A stretch of DNA of 64,000 nt. It comes from Sphingomonas sp. Lineage in GTDB: Bacteria > Pseudomonadota > Alphaproteobacteria > Sphingomonadales > Sphingomonadaceae. Position 1 is the stretch's first letter, and each line of letters starts with the position of its first letter. The stretch lies in assembly GCF_964263785.1 (NCBI RefSeq), contig NZ_CAXVWL010000124.1, positions 8,646-72,645 on the forward strand, in the 5' to 3' direction. Both the position numbers and the translations under genes were made by a program. A model generated the notes under the pieces. That model saw nothing but the letters and a program-made list of their open reading frames with translations, did not search any database and was not told the origin of the DNA. This document shows positions 27,378 through 36,319 of this stretch, one piece after another.

Positions 27378-27881
27378 ATGGACGGTCAGGACAACCAGCC
27401 CCCAGCGCAGCCGCTCGCAAATGGGGCCGACACCGCGCCTGCCGCCGGGCTGATCTCGCAATATGTCAAGGACCTGTCGTTCGAGAACCCCAACGCACCC
27501 GCGATCTACCAGAACCAGAACGCGCCCGGGATCGACGTCCAGTTCAACATCGGCGCAGGGCAGATCGGCGACGAGGTTCATGAGGTCATCCTCAAGATCG
27601 AGGTCCGTGCCGAGATCGAGGGCACCGTCGCCTTCATCGTCGACCTGACCTATGCTGGGCTCTTCGGGCTGCGCAACGTTCCCGACGAGCATGTCCAGCC
27701 TTTCCTGCTCGGAGAAGGCCCGCGCCTGCTGTTTCCCTTCGCCCGCCGGGTGCTGGCGGACGCGGTGCGCGATGGCGGTTTCCCGCCGCTGCTCCTCGAG
27801 CCGATCGACTTCAGCCAGCTGTACATCCAGCAGCAGGACGCCGCCGGGCAACAGCCGACCGGAGACATCGGGCAGGCATGA
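27378..27881 (+). CDS. secB: Protein-export chaperone SecB
   Basis: 167 aa containing ISQYVKDLSFENPNAP...LTYAGLFGLRNVP...LLGEGPRLLFPFARRVLADAVRDGGFPPLLLEPIDF. Confidence 0.88.
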   Translation: MDGQDNQPPAQPLANGADTAPAAGLISQYVKDLSFENPNAPAIYQNQNAPGIDVQFNIGAGQIGDEVHEVILKIEVRAEIEGTVAFIVDLTYAGLFGLRNVPDEHVQPFLLGEGPRLLFPFARRVLADAVRDGGFPPLLLEPIDFSQLYIQQQDAAGQQPTGDIGQA

Positions 27882-29443
27882 ACCTTGCCCGCGCGCTCGG
27901 CTCGGTCGGGGGGCTGACGCTCGCCAGCCGCGTGCTCGGGCTGGTTCGCGATTCGCTGTTCGCGACCTTTGTCGGCGCGGGCTTCGCGTCCGACGCGTTC
28001 CTGATCGCATTCCGCCTGCCCAACATGTTCCGCGCACTGTTCGCGGAAGGCGCCTTCTCGGCCGCCTTCATCCCGATGTTCAACCGCAAGGTCGCCGCCC
28101 CTGGCGGCCGCGGGCTGAGCGACGGCATCGCCTTCGCCGAGGACGCGCTGTCGGTGCTTCTCCCTGCACTGATCGTCATGATCGCGGTGATGGAAGTGGC
28201 CGCCTGGCCGATCACCTGGGCCTTGTCGGGCGGCTTCCATGCGGCGGATGGTGAGAAGTTTGCCTTCGCGGTCACACTGTCTCGGCTGACGATCCCCTAT
28301 CTGCTGCTCATCAGTCTCGTCTCGCTGCTCGGCGGCATCCTCAATTCGCTGCACAAATTCTGGGTCAATGCAGCCGCCCCGATCCTCCTCAACGCGACGC
28401 TGATCGCGGCATTGCTCCTGTTCCATAATCATGCGCCGATGCTCACCGCACGCAATCAGGCAATCGCGGTGACGGTGTCGGGCGTGCTCCAGCTCGGCTG
28501 GCTCGCCCATGCCTGCCGCCGCTCGGGCGTGCGTCTGCGCATAAAGGCTCCCCGGCTCAACGCCGACGTAAAGCGTCTGCTCAAACTCGTCTGGCCTGCC
28601 GCCGCCGGCACCGGCGCGGTGCAGATCAACCTTGTCGTCTCGACCGCGCTGGCCGCGACGTTGCTGCCCTCGGGCTCGGTCTCGTACATCTATTTCGCCG
28701 ACCGGCTGAACCAGCTGCCGCTCGGCTTAATCGGCATCGGTCTCGGCACCGTGCTCCTGCCGACGATCAGCCAGGCGCTCGGCCGCGGTGACGAGAAGGG
28801 CGCAATGGAGACGCAGAATCGTGGCCTGGAACTGGCCCTGTTCCTCACGCTCCCAGCCACCGCCGCGCTGATCGTCTGCGGCGTTCCGATCGTCGGCGCG
28901 CTGTTCCGCCACGGCCATTTCACCGCCGCCGATGCCGCCGCTACTGCGCAGGCGCTCGCCGCCTTCTCGGTCGGTCTGCCGTCCTATATCCTCGTCAAGG
29001 TCCTGACGCCGGGCTATTATGCCCGCTCCGACACGCGAACGCCGGTACGGTATGCGACGATTTCGATGGTCGCGAACCTCTTGCTCAATCTCGTGCTGAT
29101 CGTGCCGCTCCAGCACATGGGCCCGCCGCTGGCGACCGCGCTGGCGAGCACGCTCAACGTCGCCCTCCTCTACCGCACACTCTCCAAACGCGGACAATTC
29201 ACCCCGGACGCACGGCTGAAGCGCCGGGTCTGGCGCCTCGCGCTGGCCGCGGTCATCATGGGCGCAGTGATGTGGTGGCTGAACGACTTGTTCCAGCCTT
29301 ATGTCGCCGGTCCCTCCATCCAGCGCTGGGGTGCGATGGGGACGCTGGTCGCGACCGGCGGGGTCGTCTATGCGGCGGCGACCTTCGCGACCGGAGCCTT
29401 TCGCGTCGCCGACATACGGGCGCTGGTGCGCCGCCGATCCTAG
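27878..29443 (+). CDS. murJ: Lipid II flippase MurJ (MviN)
   Basis: 521 aa containing LTLASRVLGLVRDSLFATFVGAGFASDAFLIAFRLPNMFRALFAEGAFSAAFIPMF. It has an ATGA overlap with secB. Confidence 0.9.
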   Translation: MNLARALGSVGGLTLASRVLGLVRDSLFATFVGAGFASDAFLIAFRLPNMFRALFAEGAFSAAFIPMFNRKVAAPGGRGLSDGIAFAEDALSVLLPALIVMIAVMEVAAWPITWALSGGFHAADGEKFAFAVTLSRLTIPYLLLISLVSLLGGILNSLHKFWVNAAAPILLNATLIAALLLFHNHAPMLTARNQAIAVTVSGVLQLGWLAHACRRSGVRLRIKAPRLNADVKRLLKLVWPAAAGTGAVQINLVVSTALAATLLPSGSVSYIYFADRLNQLPLGLIGIGLGTVLLPTISQALGRGDEKGAMETQNRGLELALFLTLPATAALIVCGVPIVGALFRHGHFTAADAAATAQALAAFSVGLPSYILVKVLTPGYYARSDTRTPVRYATISMVANLLLNLVLIVPLQHMGPPLATALASTLNVALLYRTLSKRGQFTPDARLKRRVWRLALAAVIMGAVMWWLNDLFQPYVAGPSIQRWGAMGTLVATGGVVYAAATFATGAFRVADIRALVRRRS

Positions 29444-29453
29444 GACCCCACGA

Positions 29454-30473
29454 ATGCGCGTCGTCTCCGGCATCCAGCCCACCGGCAATCTGCACCTCGG
29501 CAATTACCTCGGCGCGATCCGGCAATGGGTGGCCCTTCAAGACTCCTTCGGGCAGGACCAGATGCAGGCGGACGGCGACTGCCTGTTCTTCCTGGCCGAT
29601 CTCCACGCGATCACCGTTGCCGTCGATCCCGCGACGCTCGGCGCCAACACGATCGAGATGGCGGCAGCACTGCTCGCATCCGGCATCGATCCGGAACGCT
29701 CGACGCTGTTCAACCAGGCGCGCGTTCCCGCGCACGCCGAACTCCAGTGGCTGCTCGCCGGCACCGCGCGCATGGGCTGGCTGAACCGCATGACCCAGTG
29801 GAAGGACAAGGCGGGCAAGAACCGCGAAGGCGCCAGCGTCGGGCTGTTCACCTATCCCGTCCTCCAGGCGGCGGACGTGCTCGCCTATGGGGCCACGCAC
29901 GTGCCCGTCGGCGACGACCAGAAACAGCATCTCGAGCTCGCTCGCGACATTGCCGCCAAATTCAACACCGACTTCGGCGTCGATCTGTTCACCTTGCCTG
30001 AACCCTTCATCTCCCCCGCTGCACCGCGGATCATGAGCCTGCGCGACGGCACCGCGAAGATGTCGAAATCCGACCCGTCGGACGCGTCGCGCATCAATCT
30101 GATCGACAGCAACGACGCGATCGCACTGAAATTCCGCAAGGCAAAGAGCGATGCGGGGGAATTGCCGGACCGTCTGGAAGGCCTGAACGAACGCCCCGAG
30201 GCGCGCAATCTGGTGACGATCTACGCCGCGCTAGCGGGCGAACCCGTCGACGCGGTGCTGGTGCGCTTCGCTGGCCAAGGCTTCGGCGCATTCAAACCTG
30301 TCCTCGCCGATCTCGCGATTGCGACGCTCGGTCCTATCCGCGACCGCATGACAAGGCTGCTCGACGATCGCGCGGCGGTGGCGAGGGTGCTGGAGAAGGG
30401 CGCCGCGAGGGCGCGCGATGTGGCGGCTCCGACGCTGTTGGCGGCACAGCGTGCGATGGGGTTGCAGGTGTAA
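29454..30473 (+). CDS. trpS: Tryptophan--tRNA ligase
   Basis: 339 aa from ATG 29454, starting MRVVSGIQPTGNLHLGNYLGAI (HIGH-type motif). A KMSKS motif is present. Confidence 0.92.
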   Translation: MRVVSGIQPTGNLHLGNYLGAIRQWVALQDSFGQDQMQADGDCLFFLADLHAITVAVDPATLGANTIEMAAALLASGIDPERSTLFNQARVPAHAELQWLLAGTARMGWLNRMTQWKDKAGKNREGASVGLFTYPVLQAADVLAYGATHVPVGDDQKQHLELARDIAAKFNTDFGVDLFTLPEPFISPAAPRIMSLRDGTAKMSKSDPSDASRINLIDSNDAIALKFRKAKSDAGELPDRLEGLNERPEARNLVTIYAALAGEPVDAVLVRFAGQGFGAFKPVLADLAIATLGPIRDRMTRLLDDRAAVARVLEKGAARARDVAAPTLLAAQRAMGLQV

Positions 30474-30516
30474 TCGGACAGGCGGCATAATCGCGTTCCA
30501 ACGTTGGAGACGCAGC

Positions 30517-30729
30517 ATGGCTCAGAACCCGATCATCGCCATCGCCAGCAAAGGCCTTGCCCAGCACCGTAAGGTCGCCATCCTGGCTTCATGCTTTCCC
30601 GAATGGGAACATCTGAAAACAATCGACGAGCCCGAGCCGGGCATCGCGCGGATGACGATCGACGCCGACACGCCGGTCGAATTCTATGCGCCCGTCGGAT
30701 CGATCAGCGGCGTCAGATTTTCGGACTGA
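30517..30729 (+). CDS. Small hypothetical protein (70 aa)
   Basis: ATG 30517 is preceded by a GGAGA Shine-Dalgarno sequence. The product, MAQNPIIAIASKGLAQHRKV..., matches no family I recognise. Confidence 0.45.
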   Translation: MAQNPIIAIASKGLAQHRKVAILASCFPEWEHLKTIDEPEPGIARMTIDADTPVEFYAPVGSISGVRFSD

Positions 30730-30735
30730 GTGGCT

Positions 30736-32199
30736 TCAGCCCCCCAGCTCGCTCAACAAAACCCGCACCGCCGCATCCACATCCCGGTCGGTGTCGCGCA
30801 GCGCCTCGATCCGCTTCACCGCATGGATCACGGTCGAATGATCGCGGCCGCCGAACTTGCGCCCAATCTCGGGCAGCGAGCGCGTCGTCAGCCGCTTGGC
30901 CAGATACATCGCGATCTGCCGCGGCCGGGCCACTGCGCGCGAGCGACGCGCCGATATCATGTCGAGCGGCTTCATCTCGAAATGGTCGGCCACCCGCTTC
31001 TGGATATCGTCGATCGTCACCCGCCGCTGTGCGCCCTTGAGCGTGTCGCCCAGCGTGGCCATCGCAAAATCGAGGTCGATCGTCGCGCCGGTCAGTTGCG
31101 CATAGGCGACGACCCGATTGAGTGCGCCCTCCAGCTCGCGGATGTTGGCGTGAATACGCGCCGCCAGCAGATCGCGCACGTCCACAGGCACCGCGATGCC
31201 GGCCCGTTCGCACTTGCGGTCGAGAATCGCGCGGCGCAGCGGCAGCTCGGGCGGCTTGATGTCCGCGACCAGCCCGCCGCCCAGCCGCGACACGATCCTG
31301 GGCTCGACGCCGTCAAGCGCCTGCGGGCAGCGATCCGCAGTGATGACCACGCGCTTGCCCGCGCCCATCACCTCGTTGAGGGTGTGGAAGAACTCCTCCT
31401 GGGTCGCATCCTTGCCGGCGATGAATTGCAGGTCGTCGATCAGCAGCAGGTCGCACCCGCGCAGCCGCGCCTTGAACGCAAAGGTATCGCGCGCGCGCAT
31501 CGCCGAGACGAAATCGTACATGAACCGCTCGGCCGACATGCACAGCACGCGCGAATTCGGATGAGTCGCCAGGAATGCATGGCCGACCGCATGCATCAGG
31601 TGGGTCTTGCCCTGCCCCGTCCCCGAATGGAGGAACAGCGGGCTGAACCGCGGCGCGCCCGCCTCCGCCATCGCGCGCGCGGCGTTGAACGCCACCCGGT
31701 TCGACGTATCGACCACGAACGCATCGAAGGTGAAGCGCGTGTCGAGCGGCGGCCGCTCGAGGTCAACCGGCGCCTCGTTTCGCAGCGGCGGCAAATGAGA
31801 CAGTTCGGCGACGATCACCGTCGGCTCGGGGCCGACCACCCGAGTCTCGATCGAAACCGAGCGCACGTGCGGCAGGATTGCACGGAACTCCAGCGCAAGC
31901 CGGTCTGCATAATGGTTGCGCACCCAATTGGTCATGAACGCCGACGGCAGCGCGAGCCGCACCGCATCGGCGTCGCCGCTGTCGATCAGCGCCATGGGTT
32001 TCAGCCATTGATCGAAGACCCGAGCGCCCGCAGACTCGCGCAAGGAGGCGCGCACGCGGGCCCAGGCCTTCGCGGCCTCGCTCGCTGCACCCGATCCTGC
32101 CTGCCAATCCGTCACGCACACCTCTCCGTCTTCCGCCCGCGTGATCGCGCAACGGACCTGTTGATCTCCGATGGTCGAACGCCCCCGATAGGCGGCCAT
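30736..32199 (-). CDS. dnaA: Chromosomal replication initiator DnaA
   Basis: 487 aa from ATG 32199, with an AAGGTGG Shine-Dalgarno sequence; the track ORF starts 7 codons earlier at a TTG. Contains the Walker A LFLHSGTGQGKTHLMHAVG and the domain IV sequence RQIAMYLAKRLTTRSLPEIGRKFGGRDHSTVIHAVKRIE. Confidence 0.93.
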   Translation of the reverse strand: MAAYRGRSTIGDQQVRCAITRAEDGEVCVTDWQAGSGAASEAAKAWARVRASLRESAGARVFDQWLKPMALIDSGDADAVRLALPSAFMTNWVRNHYADRLALEFRAILPHVRSVSIETRVVGPEPTVIVAELSHLPPLRNEAPVDLERPPLDTRFTFDAFVVDTSNRVAFNAARAMAEAGAPRFSPLFLHSGTGQGKTHLMHAVGHAFLATHPNSRVLCMSAERFMYDFVSAMRARDTFAFKARLRGCDLLLIDDLQFIAGKDATQEEFFHTLNEVMGAGKRVVITADRCPQALDGVEPRIVSRLGGGLVADIKPPELPLRRAILDRKCERAGIAVPVDVRDLLAARIHANIRELEGALNRVVAYAQLTGATIDLDFAMATLGDTLKGAQRRVTIDDIQKRVADHFEMKPLDMISARRSRAVARPRQIAMYLAKRLTTRSLPEIGRKFGGRDHSTVIHAVKRIEALRDTDRDVDAAVRVLLSELGG

Positions 32200-32500
32200 G
32201 CCACCTTGCGCAGATACCAATCGCTATGAACGGGTCGATGGTCACCGACCCCGCAAGGAACAGTTAGGAGCGGACCGCCGAGTCGATCAAGGAAACAAAA
32301 ATGTCATATCCCCATTGACAGCATCGCGACCGCGGAATCCCGTCAAACTATCTCATAAGCTCTTGAAAACTATATAGGGTTTGCGCCTTGGGCGGAGATG
32401 CACTACCCGAATCGCGAGGAATCCGTGAGTCCCGAACAGCGGTCCCGATCCGTTCCACCGACACTGCTTGTATGCCGCCCGGATGCTGCAGCGCACACGC

Positions 32501-32535
32501 GAAAAGGCCCGCCGGGAGTCCTCCCGGCGGGCCTT
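32501..32535 (-). terminator. Rho-independent terminator of rpsT
   Basis: A perfect 14-bp stem, AAGGCCCGCCGGGA / TCCCGGCGGGCCTT, closes a 4-nt loop. On the minus strand it is followed by TTTTC. It lies 37 nt downstream of the rpsT stop. Confidence 0.78.
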
Positions 32536-32571
32536 CTGGAAACGTCCGATGGGCGGCCTACGCCACCCAGC

Positions 32572-32835
32572 TTATGCCAGTGAGGTCAACCGCTTGGTCA
32601 GCCGCGCGAACTTGCGGCTGGCGGTGTTCTTGTGGAGCACGCCCTTGGCGACGCCGCGCATCAGCTCGGGCTGAACCGCCGCAAGCGCGGTGCTGGCCGC
32701 TGCCTTGTCGCCCGAAGCCAATGCCGCTTCGACCTTCTTGACGAAGGTACGGATGCGGCCGACCCGGTTGCCGTTCACTTCCGCGCGACGGTCGTTGCGA
32801 CGGATACGCTTTTTCGCCTGCGGCGTGTTCGCCAT
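32572..32835 (-). CDS. rpsT: 30S ribosomal protein S20
   Basis: 87 aa from ATG 32835, starting [36 protein letters not shown]. Confidence 0.92.
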   Translation of the reverse strand: MANTPQAKKRIRRNDRRAEVNGNRVGRIRTFVKKVEAALASGDKAAASTALAAVQPELMRGVAKGVLHKNTASRKFARLTKRLTSLA

Positions 32836-32926
32836 GAAGCCCTCTGAATGCAAAAGAATTGGGGGCGTGAGGCAGATGCCTACACCCTCTCGAAGGCGCT
32901 GCCCCTAAACGAGTTGCGCAAACCGG

Positions 32927-33742
32927 TCAACCACGCTGGCACGCCGGGCACCAGAACGTCGATCGGCCCGATTCGACCCGCCGCTTGACCACACCGCCGC
33001 AATCGCACGCCTCGCCCTCGCGGCCGTAAGCCAGGAACTGCTTGCTGAAATACCCCAACTCCCCGTCCGGCGCGGCAAAGTCGCGTAAGGTCGAGCCCCC
33101 CGCCTCGATCGCTGCCATCAGTACCGCGTGGATCGCTGCGACCAATCGCTCCAGCCTGACCAGCGCGATCCGCCCTGCCGCCCGCGACGGCGCAATCCGC
33201 GCCATATGGAGCGCTTCACAGACATAGATATTGCCCAGTCCTGCCACGATCCGCTGGTCGAGCAGCATTGCCTTTATCGGTGCACTCCGCCCTGCCAGCG
33301 CGTCCAGCAGGTAGGCACCCGTCAACGCCGGCCCGAGCGGCTCCGGTCCCATTGCCGCGAACGGCGGATAGGTGTGGATGTCGTCGGTGCGACACAGATC
33401 GAGAAAGCCGAATCGCCGCGGATCGTTGAGGACGACGCTGCGCCCCACCCCCGTCTCGATCAACAGATGGTCGTGCGCCAACGGCTCGCTCGGATCGACT
33501 CGCCAGCGTCCCGACATGCCGAGATGGAAGATCATCGTGTCGCCGCGATCGGTGGCGATCGTTCCGTATTTCGCACGTCGCCCGAGCGCGGTCACCGTCG
33601 CACCCGTCATCCGTCGGCGCAGGTCGACCGGAATCGCCTTGCGCAGGTCGGCGCGGCGCGGCTCGACCGTGACGAGCCGCTGCCCGGCCAGCACCGGGGT
33701 CAGGCCGCGAACGGTGGTCTCGACTTCGGGGAGTTCGGGCAT
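32927..33742 (-). CDS. mutM: Formamidopyrimidine-DNA glycosylase
   Basis: 271 aa from ATG 33742, starting MPELPEVETTVRGL (catalytic Pro2/Glu3). The C-terminal zinc finger reads CDCGGVVKRRVESGRSTFWCPACQ. Confidence 0.9.
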   Translation of the reverse strand: MPELPEVETTVRGLTPVLAGQRLVTVEPRRADLRKAIPVDLRRRMTGATVTALGRRAKYGTIATDRGDTMIFHLGMSGRWRVDPSEPLAHDHLLIETGVGRSVVLNDPRRFGFLDLCRTDDIHTYPPFAAMGPEPLGPALTGAYLLDALAGRSAPIKAMLLDQRIVAGLGNIYVCEALHMARIAPSRAAGRIALVRLERLVAAIHAVLMAAIEAGGSTLRDFAAPDGELGYFSKQFLAYGREGEACDCGGVVKRRVESGRSTFWCPACQRG

Positions 33743-33898
33743 CCTGATCCTAGCCGCGGTGCCGGCCCGCTCCGCCACCCGGCCACCCACAGAGTATCCT
33801 GACTGGGTGGCCGGGTGGGGGAGCGGGCCGGCACCGCCTTCAAGACGCGAACTAGGTTCGGTTTGCCGCAGTCACAAGGGCGGGCTAGAGCCGCGGCC

Positions 33899-34630
33899 AT
33901 GAGCGAAACCGTCTCCTTTGGCCACGAAGACGTGGCCCCCGCCGAGAAGACCGCCCGCGTCGGCGGCGTCTTCACCAGCGTCGCCGCCAGCTACGACCTG
34001 ATGAACGATGCGATGTCGGGGGGCATGCACCGCCTGTGGAAGGACCGCTTCGTCCGCCGGGTAAAGCCGCGCGAGGGGGAACAGATCCTCGACATGGCGG
34101 GCGGCACCGGCGACATCGCATTCCGCATGGCCGCGAGCGGAGCCGCGATCACCGTCGCCGACATCAACCCCGCGATGCTGGAGGTCGGCATCGAACGCGC
34201 GGCGAAGCGCGGCATCGACGGCCTGGTCTGGACCGAGGCGAACGCGGAGACCCTCGCCTTCCCCGACCGTTTCTTCGACGCCTACACGATCGCCTTCGGC
34301 ATCCGGAACGTGACCGACATCGCCGCCGCGCTCCGCGAAGCGCACCGGGTGCTCCGCCGCGGCGGCCGCTTCTTCTGCCTCGAATTCTCGACCACCCAGT
34401 GGCCCGGCTTCAAGGACGCCTACGCCCTCTACTCGCGCAAGGCAGTCCCCCAGCTCGGCACACTGCTCGCCGGCGACAGCGACAGCTATCGCTACTTGAT
34501 CGAATCGATCGAGCGCTTCCCCGACATGCCGGCGTTCGAGGGGATGATCCGCGACGCAGGCTTCATCAACACCCGCGTCGAGTCCTTGCTCGGCGGCCTC
34601 GTCGCGATCCATTCCGGGTGGAAGATTTGA
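33899..34630 (+). CDS. ubiE: Demethylmenaquinone/ubiquinone C-methyltransferase UbiE
   Basis: 243 aa from ATG 33899. Contains VFTSVAASYDLMNDAMSGGMHRLWKD and the SAM motif ILDMAGGTGDIAF. Confidence 0.9.
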   Translation: MSETVSFGHEDVAPAEKTARVGGVFTSVAASYDLMNDAMSGGMHRLWKDRFVRRVKPREGEQILDMAGGTGDIAFRMAASGAAITVADINPAMLEVGIERAAKRGIDGLVWTEANAETLAFPDRFFDAYTIAFGIRNVTDIAAALREAHRVLRRGGRFFCLEFSTTQWPGFKDAYALYSRKAVPQLGTLLAGDSDSYRYLIESIERFPDMPAFEGMIRDAGFINTRVESLLGGLVAIHSGWKI

Positions 34631-34641
34631 TGGCGACGCAT

Positions 34642-34777
34642 AATTCCTCCCCCGCAGGGGGAGGGGGACCAGCGAAGCCGGTGAGAGGGGATCGCCGTAC
34701 GCGAATCGCTCGCGGCATTCCCCCTCCACCGCGCTCTGCGGGCGCGGTCCCCCTCCCTCTGCGGGGGAGGATTTCTT
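34642..34777. repeat. GC-rich nested inverted-repeat element (REP/MITE-like) filling the ubiE-ubiB spacer
   Basis: The terminal arms, 34642-34670 (AATTCCTCCCCCGCAGGGGGAGGGGGACC) and 34746-34774, are reverse complements at 27 of 29 positions. A second imperfect inverted repeat (GAGAGGGGAT / ATTCCCCCTC) lies inside. Confidence 0.6.
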
Positions 34778-34778
34778 T

Positions 34779-36314
34779 GTGACCGCCCCCGTCGTCCACG
34801 TCGCGCGTCTCCTCAAATGGGGCCGCATCCTCGCGCGTCACGGCGCGCTGACCGGGATCGAGCGCGATCCCAGCACGCCCGCCGCGATCCGCCGTCTCGT
34901 CCGCTTGGCGCGGGTCGGCGCGCGGGTGCCGAAGGTCCCGCGCTACGCCGATGCATTCCAGGCGATCGGCCCAGCCGCGATCAAGCTGGGCCAGACGCTC
35001 GCCACTCGCCCAGACCTGGTCGGCGAAGACGCGGCGCACGATCTCATGCGCCTCCAGGACGACCTGCCGCCGGTTCCGTATGCGACGATCCATGCCGCGT
35101 TGCAGGCGAGCTTCGGCCGTGATCCGGCAGCGCTCTTCGCCCGCATCGACGAGACGCCCGTCGGCGCCGCCTCGATCGCGCAGGTTCACCGCGCGGTCAC
35201 GACCGACGGCCGAGACGTCGCGATCAAGGTGCTTCGCCCGCACGTCGAGGAGGAGTTCGCGCGCGCCATCGACACCTATCAATGGGCCGCCGCGCAACTG
35301 GAGGCGCTCAGCCCCGAAGCCCGCCGCCTGCGCCCGCGTCTGACCGTCGAGAACTTCCGGCGCTGGACCTTGCGCGAACTGAACTTCCGCCGCGAGGCGG
35401 CCTCCGCCTCCGAACTCGCCGAATCGATGACGGCCGAGCCCGATTTCGTCGTCCCCGCGGTCGACTGGCAGCGCTCGACCGCCAAGGTGCTGACGATCGC
35501 GTGGATCGACGGCATAAAGCTGGCGGACCGCCCCGCGCTGGTCGCGGCCGGTTTCGACATGCCCAGATTGGCGCGCACGCTGATCCAGGCGTTCCTGCGC
35601 CAGGCGATCGCGGAAGGGTTCTTCCACGCCGATCTGCATCAGGGGAACCTGTTCGCACTCCCCGGCGACAAGATCGCCGCGATCGACTTCGGCATCATGG
35701 GGCGGATCGACCGGCGCGCGCGCGTCTGGCTCGCCGAAATCCTCTACGGCCTCATCACCGGCAACTACAAACGCGTCGCCGAAATCCATTTCGAGGCGGG
35801 CTACGTCCCCAGCCACCACAATGTCTCCGAATTCGCCACTGCCTTGCGCGCGGTCGGCGAGCCGATGCGCGGGCTTGCGGTCAAGGACATGTCGATCGGC
35901 ACCATGCTCGACAGCCTGTTCTCGATCACCCGCGATTTCGACATGGTGACCCAGCCGCATCTGCTGCTGCTCCAGAAGACGATGGTCATGGTCGAGGGCG
36001 TCGCGACCAGCCTCGATCCCGACATCAACCTGTGGGACGCCGCCGCGCCCTTCGTACGCGAGTGGATCCGTACCGAGCTTGGCCCCGAGGCGGCGCTCGC
36101 CGATCGCCTGATCGCCGACGTGAAGACGCTCGCCGGCCTGCCCGAGCTCGTCCGTCGGATCGAGGCCCGCTACCCCGCACCCGGCGGCGAGCCCCCTGCC
36201 CCGCCGCTCGCGGACATCGAGATCGTGCGGATCGGTGGCGGCTGGCGCTATGCGGCGGTCGCGGTGCTGACCGCGGCGGCCAGCGTCGTCGCGACCCTGC
36301 TGGCGCTGCGCTGA
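34779..36314 (+). CDS. ubiB: Ubiquinone biosynthesis regulatory kinase-like protein UbiB (ABC1 family)
   Basis: 511 aa with a GTG start. Contains AIKLGQTLATRPDLVG...PVGAASIAQVHRAV...DVAIKVLRP and FFHADLHQGNLF. Confidence 0.9.
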   Translation: MTAPVVHVARLLKWGRILARHGALTGIERDPSTPAAIRRLVRLARVGARVPKVPRYADAFQAIGPAAIKLGQTLATRPDLVGEDAAHDLMRLQDDLPPVPYATIHAALQASFGRDPAALFARIDETPVGAASIAQVHRAVTTDGRDVAIKVLRPHVEEEFARAIDTYQWAAAQLEALSPEARRLRPRLTVENFRRWTLRELNFRREAASASELAESMTAEPDFVVPAVDWQRSTAKVLTIAWIDGIKLADRPALVAAGFDMPRLARTLIQAFLRQAIAEGFFHADLHQGNLFALPGDKIAAIDFGIMGRIDRRARVWLAEILYGLITGNYKRVAEIHFEAGYVPSHHNVSEFATALRAVGEPMRGLAVKDMSIGTMLDSLFSITRDFDMVTQPHLLLLQKTMVMVEGVATSLDPDINLWDAAAPFVREWIRTELGPEAALADRLIADVKTLAGLPELVRRIEARYPAPGGEPPAPPLADIEIVRIGGGWRYAAVAVLTAAASVVATLLALR

Positions 36315-36319
36315 CGCGC

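Noticed and set aside
32200-32571. Possibility that the dnaA upstream spacer is the chromosomal origin (oriC)
   Set aside because: It has only one weak DnaA-box-like 9-mer and a short A/T-rich patch, with no cluster of boxes. In Alphaproteobacteria the origin is typically next to hemE and not immediately upstream of dnaA. rpmH-rnpA-yidC also lie 10 kb away. I cannot compute GC skew here.
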